Source of the DNA: the human T2T-CHM13v2.0 reference genome, Homo sapiens
Reading direction: 5' to 3' (one strand)
NCBI RefSeq assembly: GCF_009914755.1
Contig: NC_060938.1
Length of the DNA stretch: 64,000 bases
The notes beneath the pieces are model-generated. The model saw only the letters and a program-made list of their open reading frames with translations, was not told the origin of the DNA and searched no databases. Made by a program: the position numbers and the translations under genes. Below, in pieces: positions 55,851-64,000 of the stretch. Positions within the stretch are counted from its first letter, which is position 1, and every line of letters starts with the position of its first letter.

Positions 55851-58119
55851 AAAACATGAAGCGTTTCATTTGAAAAGCTCAGTAGAGTAACGCATTCGGT
55901 AAATAGTGCAGCATTATTCTTTGGGGTTTGTCTTGTGATTTTTATGTTTTCATAGGTGGACAGCAGCCTCCTGGATTTTTATACTCTAATACCATATCCA
56001 TAGCAGCTGCTGTTGACTTCAACATCCAAGTTAGATTATCCGATGAAATTCATTCCTCCACCTAACTAAATCTCTATGTAATTTAGTTTGCTTCCAGGAA
56101 AGGAAAGTACATTTGCTGTAAACCCAAAGTCCTGGTTGCTAGTAAGAAAATTCAGTATGTTTTGTTTCTTGCTTTTGTTTCGTATATAACGTATATGACT
56201 TCATGATGATTTGTTCAGGGAAGAGAAGTTGAGGAGTTACCCCTGCATCTAGAATCTGCTGAACATGCGCTGCAAAAGCATTACTTACTTCTGAGTTGCC
56301 CAAATCAACTTGGAATACCAAGTTACTGCCCCAAGGGCTGTTTCTCCACAAATTTATGAACTACCAGTTCATGTTTCTTTTCTAATGATACATTCAGTGA
56401 TGGGCCTTTTCTGAGCTATAGAAGAAAGCCTGGTCTTTCTTCTACTTCGTGTTTATAAAGCCAGCTACTGCTGCCTGTTGGCCTATTCTAGGTCTGAAGC
56501 TCTTCAACTTTAGAGTGCAGGAAAATCTTGCCAAATTAAAGATTCTTGTCACCAACCCTGGATATCCAGATGCCTGGTTACATCACTGAGACTTTTCTGA
56601 GCTATCTTTGGCATCTAAATAAGCCTGCTACCTATGTCTATCAGACAGCAATACTGTTCAAATTCAAGGCTGAATTTGCCCCCAGGCAGCTTGGACTCAC
56701 ACAGCCAGAGCTTACATAACAGAGAAGAATATCATCCAGGGGGTTGGCAGAACTTTTGTTCTTGATTGGGATGATCACAAGTTAAGCTGAACCGGTTTTG
56801 AATGATTTATTCTCCAAAACAGAAAAGGCTTGCCTTCATTTTTCAACATATAATTTAATTATGAGGGCCGGGGAAAAGTTGGGGGCAATGTGTTTATGGC
56901 AGTGATACAAATAAGAGTTCAGTCTTTACTAACATGCCAGTTAAATAAGCAACTAACCCATTCTCCAAAAATAACTAGATCAGATTGAACCTTTAATCAA
57001 TCTTCTTAAATGGTGATGGGAAACTACAGTAACCTGATACCCAAGATGACTGAAGTGTGCCTCGAAGTTGTAACTTATCTGCTGACTGTCTAAAGCTTCC
57101 TAAAGAATTATACATTCATGTATCTTATGAATTTTCTTCCTTTTTTCCACCCAGTGTTTTAGACTTCCATATTAATCATGGCGAGTGAGATTTTATTAAT
57201 AGATTGTTAAATGTGCTAAAGAATTGTGTAGCTAGTTCTTTAACCTAGCATAGGCAGGGTTATTAGACATTCTGGTTTTTCTCCTCAATGTGTCTTTCTC
57301 TCAAATGGGTCCAATTATAAGTGATGAAAAGAAATTTCCATTCTGGAAGAATTCTTTATATTCTTACTATTTGAGAAGAGTATCTTCTTTCTTGTATACT
57401 TTCAATGCATAGAGACCCTTGCAGCTCATGCATCCGATGGTCTGCAAAGCCCTGTGCCAGAGCTGGGCAGGCCACAGTGAAGAGCTCACATGCAGACCTG
57501 CCCTCAAGGAGCAAGGGTTCTGGTGAGGCACTGACAGTAAATGACAAATCATCACTCAACCATCACAGGGCTAGGAAAGATAACTACAGGTGTCAAGAGA
57601 CATGTAACCACAGGTACCAAGAGACATACAACATATGACCTCCAGAATTTTCAGAAGATAAATATTAAATGTTTTTATTCTGCTTTTAGGAACACAAAAG
57701 AAAGGTTTTTTTAAAATTATGTGAGTAAACAATCTGTGGCTTTTGCCATGAAACTGGGTGGTTTCCATGTTCTTTTGAAGGGGAATGTGAAGTCTTGGTT
57801 ATCTCATTTATCATAGCTTAACTTCTTTCAAGAGAGAGATCACATTAAAGCTTTTGCCTCGCCAGCCCTCAGAAGATGCTCACAGGATGCTACAGGAATA
57901 TCTTACGTTGTAAAATAATTTCACTCCCCAAAGAAGATAAATCACATTTTTGGAACTTAAACACTTTCTCATCATTCCACATCCACCTTGCTCTTTAGGT
58001 CATTCTGAATTAGTAATACCCTCCCCTAAACGTTAGCTTTAAAAGCCCCTGACATACTTCCCTTCCTCAGACAGGTTTCACAAAGGAAACTGAAATATTC
58101 CAGCAGAATTCCCTATTTA

Positions 58120-58595
58120 AAATAATCCTTTGCACAAAGAATATTTATAAGAATCTCCATTGTAATTTTCAATTGAATTGATCTATAGTTAATCAATAGT
58201 GGAGACTTGGCTAAATAAAGGATGAAGGTAAACCATGGGCCAAAATATCATGCTGCCATTTAAAAGAATGCTGAGGATGTACATGTCCAGATATGGAACC
58301 CAGTTTTCAAGCTATCCAGCAGAAAAGGGAAAGGGGCAGAACACATATTGGTTGCTGTCATTTATGTACCAAGTGAAAGCAGGTACAGCCACATGTGCTG
58401 GCATGTGGACAAGAATCTCTGCAGGGACACATAGGAAACACAGAGGTGGCCTGTGAGACAGACCCTAGGAAATCTCAGGTGAGAGTTGGGAGGAAGGCTT
58501 GTTCTCGCTGTATACCCTTCTGTGCTGTTTTAACGTTTCAAAACAAAACATGTGCATGTGTTAACTTTCATTTTAACGTTTTTAATTGTTAGAAA
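58120..58595 (+). mobile_element. Old L1 (L1ME-like) 3' fragment
   Basis: aatcaatagtggagacttggctaaataaa...aaatatcatgctgccatttaaaagaatg...tataccctt. Confidence 0.5.
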
Positions 58596-60549
58596 ATATC
58601 AAACATTTAAAAGCTGGAATAATAAATCATTTTAAAATAAATATCATTAATTAAAACCAACCAATTAAGTAAAAGGGAAATAATTTTCTTAATTATATTT
58701 TTATATCACGGTGGATCCTTTTGTGATGAAAACAACCCTGCTAAGTTGTAAATTTGCGTTGGCAATAGATCTGTTTTTCTGAAACCGAAGCGCACTCTCT
58801 GAGTAAGTTCTGGGAGCTCAGGAAAAATTATTTGCACGGAATCACCAAGCAGTTAGCTCCTCCAGCCTTGAAGACAGAAAGGGCGCCAGGAAAGTGGCTG
58901 CATTCGTGGAAGAGGAGAAAAGCGAATCAGAATGCAGCCCTGTAACCTCTGGCAACAAATAGTACTCAATGTGAAATGGGCACTAATAGAACATTCAATG
59001 CTGAAACCCTTTGCCTCGGCCAGAGTAATTAGAACTGTAATTCAGATTTGGGATTTTTCTCCAAGGTTTCACAGCTTATGAAGTCAGCAGAACAGGGTTA
59101 TTAAATCATAGCCTAGTACCAAGTCAAAGACATTTTTTTTTAAATGTAGAAGACAGGGAAAATGCAAGCAGCAGCTGAGCAGTCCTGTGGGTGAGGCGAT
59201 GAACCCGTACACGGCACAGCTAATGACCTGTTTTAGGGGCACAGCTCATATATTCCAAATAACAGGGGGGAAAGAATTCCAAATAGCTTAACATCATTAA
59301 ACCCAAAATGCTATTGGATCCTTCCTCTGTGGCATCATAAAATACCCTATCCAAGTGGAGAAGGGATATGCTTACTGTAAATCATGGAAAGTTTATGCCA
59401 CCCCAGATGCAAACTTCATACTAACTTGTTCCCTCTGGGGAAGGTTCATGGGTTTGCTTTGTTTGGGGGTTTGGCTTGTTTTTTTAAAAGCAATAATAGT
59501 CTTTGTAGGATGGCTGCCGTGTCAGCATTTATCTTGAAACTCATGGATATGAGTTCTGACTGGAGTCACCTCTCTGACAAGTGTTATTGCGACTGTGTTT
59601 TATATCCCTGTTCAGAATGGTTTCTGATGATAATGCTCTGTCTACCTCGCTGCTTCACACTAAATTATAGATGCCACGATGACAGGGCAAACTGCATCCG
59701 AGCACAGAGCTCAACTCCCTTTGTGTGATGTCAGTGCCTCCACCCTCCTGTGCCTGGAATTAAAAATGGGGAGCGAAAATATGCAAAACATTTGTGCTTA
59801 AAAATAATGTTCTGTCAGTTATTAAACAAGTGATATTTCATTTAATCAGCTCAAGGGATTATTTTAAATGAAAAGGCAGAGAGGATGATTTTATTAACAC
59901 ATTCCTGCCCTAGAGTCCTACGGTAATAATTCTTTACCTGCCTAAATTAAAAAGTTATAATTCAGTCTGTCTACAGGAAGAAGTTCTGGGTGATTGGATT
60001 TTATTCGTTCTTTGATTTTTAGTTGCTCACAAATGGAGGTAAAGGCTGAAAAGCTTATCCTATAGCAGTGAGGATGTTTTAGCTAGTTAATAAATCACCC
60101 CTTCTCTAGATAGTGATTGCGTCCAGGACTTATAAAGCAAGTGTGCTTCTGAACACAGTATTTTATTGAAATGGGGTTGGTCTGACCAATCCACGTATAA
60201 ATTTGAACTTCCCTGCAATTCATTCCACCACATGTTTAAACCCAGTGTGGAAGATTTCGCTACTATCCAAAATATGTTTCTTAATGTTGTTTAATTGTCA
60301 AGTACAGATAAAGCACCATGTAGGTTCTGGAGGAAAAAGAGATACAAATGAATACAATTACATTCCTGACTTTAGTGGAGCTTATAGGCTAGTAGGAGAA
60401 GCACGCATGTGAACAAAGAATTTGAGGGCGTCCGTGAAACAAAGGGGAGAGGAGAGGAGAATGAAGTAGCTGATTTGTGGGTTCCATTACCTACCCTGTC
60501 CTAGTGCAAGGAAGCATCAGCACTCTAATACCTTTCATGAATATGGTGC

Positions 60550-60760
60550 TGCACAGCCTACCAAGTATTTTCAAATACATGCTCATGTTTGTCCATCTGA
60601 GTTCCATAACAATCCTGTGAGGTTAGGACTGTCTTTTTTATTTCCATTTTACAAATGAGAAAACTTCAAAAACAGAGAAATGCATAACTTTGCCTGATCA
60701 TTGATCTCATGGTTTAAACCTGAACTTCAAAGTCTGTCCTTATTAAAGCATAGATTGTTA
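60550..60760 (-). mobile_element. MIR SINE
   Basis: ccataacaatcctgtgaggttagg...ccattttacaaatgagaaaact. Confidence 0.7.
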
Positions 60761-61109
60761 ACCTGCAGGTCTGTTTGGCCATCCCATATTGAGAGGAACA
60801 CTATATGCAAAACTGCGTATGGATGTGAGTCATTGTTCTTGAAAAAGGGATTTGCTCAAATTCTCAGAGTGGACCCTGGCTCCAAAAGACAGTGGGAATT
60901 ACTGTTTCAGTAGAATCCTTCATTAGTTTTTAGATCCTTGGCTTTTCATTAATGTCACTAATTTGTTTTAATTTTTTCTAGAGAGTGGGGAAAATGTTAT
61001 AACAATTTTGGTTTGCTTCATATTTAGACACAGTTCCACTCCCAGCCACCTTTTGTCTTACAATTTCTACACAGGAGTATTTAGAGCAACTCTTTAAAGG
61101 CCTGTTCCT

Positions 61110-61335
61110 TCACTCATTCATTCATTTATCCATTTAACAACTTTTTGAGTATTTCCAGTGTTCATACTGAATCAGTCTCTGCCCATGAGGTACAATTTGT
61201 GATTAGGTCATTGGTTCATTTGTTTATTTAACCCAAATTCTGTGTGCAGAGATATCTACCAAATGCTTTGGAGGCTACAAAGATGAATAAGAAATGGTAT
61301 CTGCCCTCAGGGATCTTACAATCTAGCAAGAGATG
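61110..61335 (-). mobile_element. L2 3' ends (two)
   Basis: cactcattcattcatttatccatttaacaac... and acaaagatgaataagaaatggtatctgccctcagggatcttacaatctag. Confidence 0.6.
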
Positions 61336-62593
61336 GATGTAGAACCAACTATATAGGAAGCAAAACTAAACTGAGATGCTGTGGTAGAAAAAAAGTAGAT
61401 TGTCAAACTGTTCAGCCTTCTAGAGAAGATGCAAGATAAAAACTGGAGAACTTTCTGGAAAAGTGCCTAAAAGGAGTATTTTCAGTTCCTTTCAGAAGTA
61501 ACTCTCTAGAGAGGCTGTCCTCTGTTCCATGTTAATTGTGATGCTCTTTCAAATTCTCTTTAAACATGCAAATGGTATTGGTCATCCAGTTATTGCTCTC
61601 ACCCAGTATCAATAGTTATCCCTGTCCCTTGGACAGAATTATCTTGGCTATGTAAGAAGGGAATTCAGCCAAAAATGCAATTGGTGGGAGAGTGGCTTTC
61701 TATTGCATTTGGAACATACTCCTATCATTTTCAGTCATTTTCAGTGCTTTTGATGGATCTCTCCAGTTGGAAAGAACTCAAAACCAATTTCAGTGCAGAT
61801 GCAAATAATCCTAACAAATTATTCTATAAATATACCACAAATAGCAATACTTTGTGAGGTTAATAGCTCTTACTTATCAAATAAGGGAACTGAAAAACAG
61901 AAGTTGGGTCCATGTGAGGAAAGTGGATTGACTCTGAATCCAGAGACCTGTTTCATGGTCGACATGACTTTTCTATGTATAACCTAGAAGAACACTAACA
62001 TTCAATGGATTGACTCATAATTACAGGGGTTATCTTTTTAAGAGTAACTTATCATTTGTCTGGCTCCTGTTCTAGATATGTATGTGGAACCTGAAGGGGA
62101 GAGGGTGGGAGGGCAAGAAGATAGAGACCTCATCTAACCCACATTAGACAAGGAGTGAGAATAGAATCAGCTCCCTGAATGGCAGACTTGTGTTACAACC
62201 ACTCTTGTCAGTAAGGATTGAGGGAGCTGGGGGTGCGAGTTGATGTACATTCTCTTCTTTGAAAATAAGCCCTAGGTTGATCATTCTGGGTGTGAAATAT
62301 CCACCTGACAATTTCCACTTAAGCTAGAAGATATAAGCCACATTATATGGCTTTATGTATATATATCAAACTTTCCAATTGAATTAGGACTTTTAGTTTA
62401 ATACAGCAGATAATGAAATGCAAACTCCATCCTGAGTCAATATATTTCCTTTGGAAATCGCATTAGTTGGAGGTGGGGTGGGGGAAGAGGATTGGGGCAG
62501 AAGAATTCCTGTACTGTTTAATGTAGAACTTGCAAAATTATAGTCAAAAGATACATGTTCTAATGAATAGCGTTATGATATTAAATTACCCTT

Positions 62594-62890
62594 GGCTGGG
62601 AGCAGTGGCTTATTCCCATGATCCAATCACTTTTGGAGGGTGAGGTGGGATTGCCAGAGGCCAGGAGTTTAAGACTAGCCTGTGCCACACAGTGAGACCC
62701 CCCATTTCTACAAAAAAAAAATTTTGAAAACATTTTTCAGGCTTAGTGGCATGTACCTATAGTCCCAGACACTTGAGAGGCTGAGGCAGAAGGATTGCCT
62801 AAGCCTGGAAAGTTGAGGCTACAGTGAGCCATGATCATACTGCTGCACTTCAGCTTGGGCGACAGAGCAAGACCCTGTCTCTTAAATAAA
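62594..62890 (+). mobile_element. AluJ element
   Basis: Diverged dimeric Alu with AluJ-type features (gaggccaggagttt, gaggctacagtgagccatgat, gaccctgtctc). Confidence 0.92.
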
Positions 62891-63084
62891 TCATTGACTC
62901 ATTCATTTATTCATTTATTCTCATAAGTCTTAATTTTTCCAGGATCAGGGGACTTGCTTTCTAGGTTAAGAAAATTCTGGTTTAAATTTTAATGTTATCA
63001 TTTATAATGGTTAAAATCTACAACTATCATGAATGGGAGGCAATAATACATGATGATAAAATTAACAACAACAATAATAATAGC

Positions 63085-63310
63085 AACAAATAGGGAGAAC
63101 TTCCTATGTGCCAGGCCATATACATGTATTATCTGGTTTAATTCTTACCAAATCCTTTGAGGTAGGAACTATTATTAACCCCATTTTACAGGTGAGTAAA
63201 AAATCTCAAAAAGGCTAAATAACTCATCTCAAGATCACACACCAGTAAGCAAGAGGGCCAGGATTTCAACCCAGTAGCCTGACCCCAGAGCCCATGTTCT
63301 CCACCACTCT
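63085..63310 (-). mobile_element. MIR SINE
   Basis: cctatgtgccaggc...ccccattttacaggtgag...ggatttcaacccag...ctgaccccagagccc. Confidence 0.85.
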
Positions 63311-63317
63311 GTACCAA

Positions 63318-63476
63318 GAGCAGAGACTCTAAAGTCAGGCACACTTGACTTTGAATCTCGTCTCAGAGCTGGGAAACCTTGGACAAGTTATTTTACTTTC
63401 TAAGCCTCAATATCTTTATCTGTAAAATGAATATACAGTAATAAGACCCACTTCAAAGGACTATGTGAGGATGAAA
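63318..63476 (+). mobile_element. MIR SINE, head-to-head with the previous copy
   Basis: gactctaaagtcag...accttggacaagttatt...aagcctcaatatctttatctgtaaaatg...gtgagga. Confidence 0.8.
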
Positions 63477-64000
63477 GAAAACCCGTAGAAAAGCACAAAG
63501 TAAAACCCTATATTATTGCCCATTACCTTGCACATAAATACGCAGTGAAATCTAGAGAATTTTTAGGAATAAAGAATGAAGTCATGTGATAACAAATTAG
63601 ATGGCTAATATGAGTTATGAAAGTGTGTGTACATATAAATTATAATGTGTGTGTACATATAATTTTTATCTCTGCAGATTACTTTTTTAAGTTCTTGTAA
63701 CAACAGAATTGTAGCTAAAAATTAATTGTTAAGTGAGAATTTAAAAATTTAACATGGGATTAACCAAGTACATCACTCTCAGAATTTAGAAATTGGAGGT
63801 ACAGCTATGGTTGTAGTTAAGACATTATTTTACTTCCTTATTGCATTACAATTGATTGTGTAGAAAAATCTCAAATATAAAAATAAAAAGTAGTTCATGC
63901 ATAAAGCATGATGCCCTGAAGCATATTAGATCTGTTTATCTCTTTGTTTAAAATGAATGCTACCTGGTATAGTTTACATAACATGGCAGGGATCAGCTTG

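Overview
AT-rich, CpG-depleted primate (most likely human) genomic DNA lying inside the neuronal bHLH-PAS gene NPAS3 on the + strand. Only one constitutive coding exon is present: 35601-35775, 175 nt, [58 protein letters not shown], the C-terminal part of PAS-A plus a Ser-rich linker. The rest is intron containing Alu, L1, L2, L3/CR1, MIR and hAT-Charlie (MER5/MER33) relics, simple repeats and candidate enhancers. Most notable observations: (1) a phase-compatible alternative terminal or poison exon at 39993 that would end the protein as ...ETPEPVVCFPPASDQFLL*, before PAS-B; (2) a composite L1PA7-like insertion (21831-25206) with a twin-priming inversion, a nested Alu, and an apparent ~340-bp 3' transduction defined by a 14-16 bp TSD; (3) a second, older twin-primed L1MA; (4) small CpG clusters, a paired K50-homeodomain site, hairpins and inverted repeat pairs. 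I see no new protein-coding system, and the other ORFs in the track are repeat-derived or random. Repeat family names come from recalled consensus sequences, and the boundaries of old repeats are approximate.
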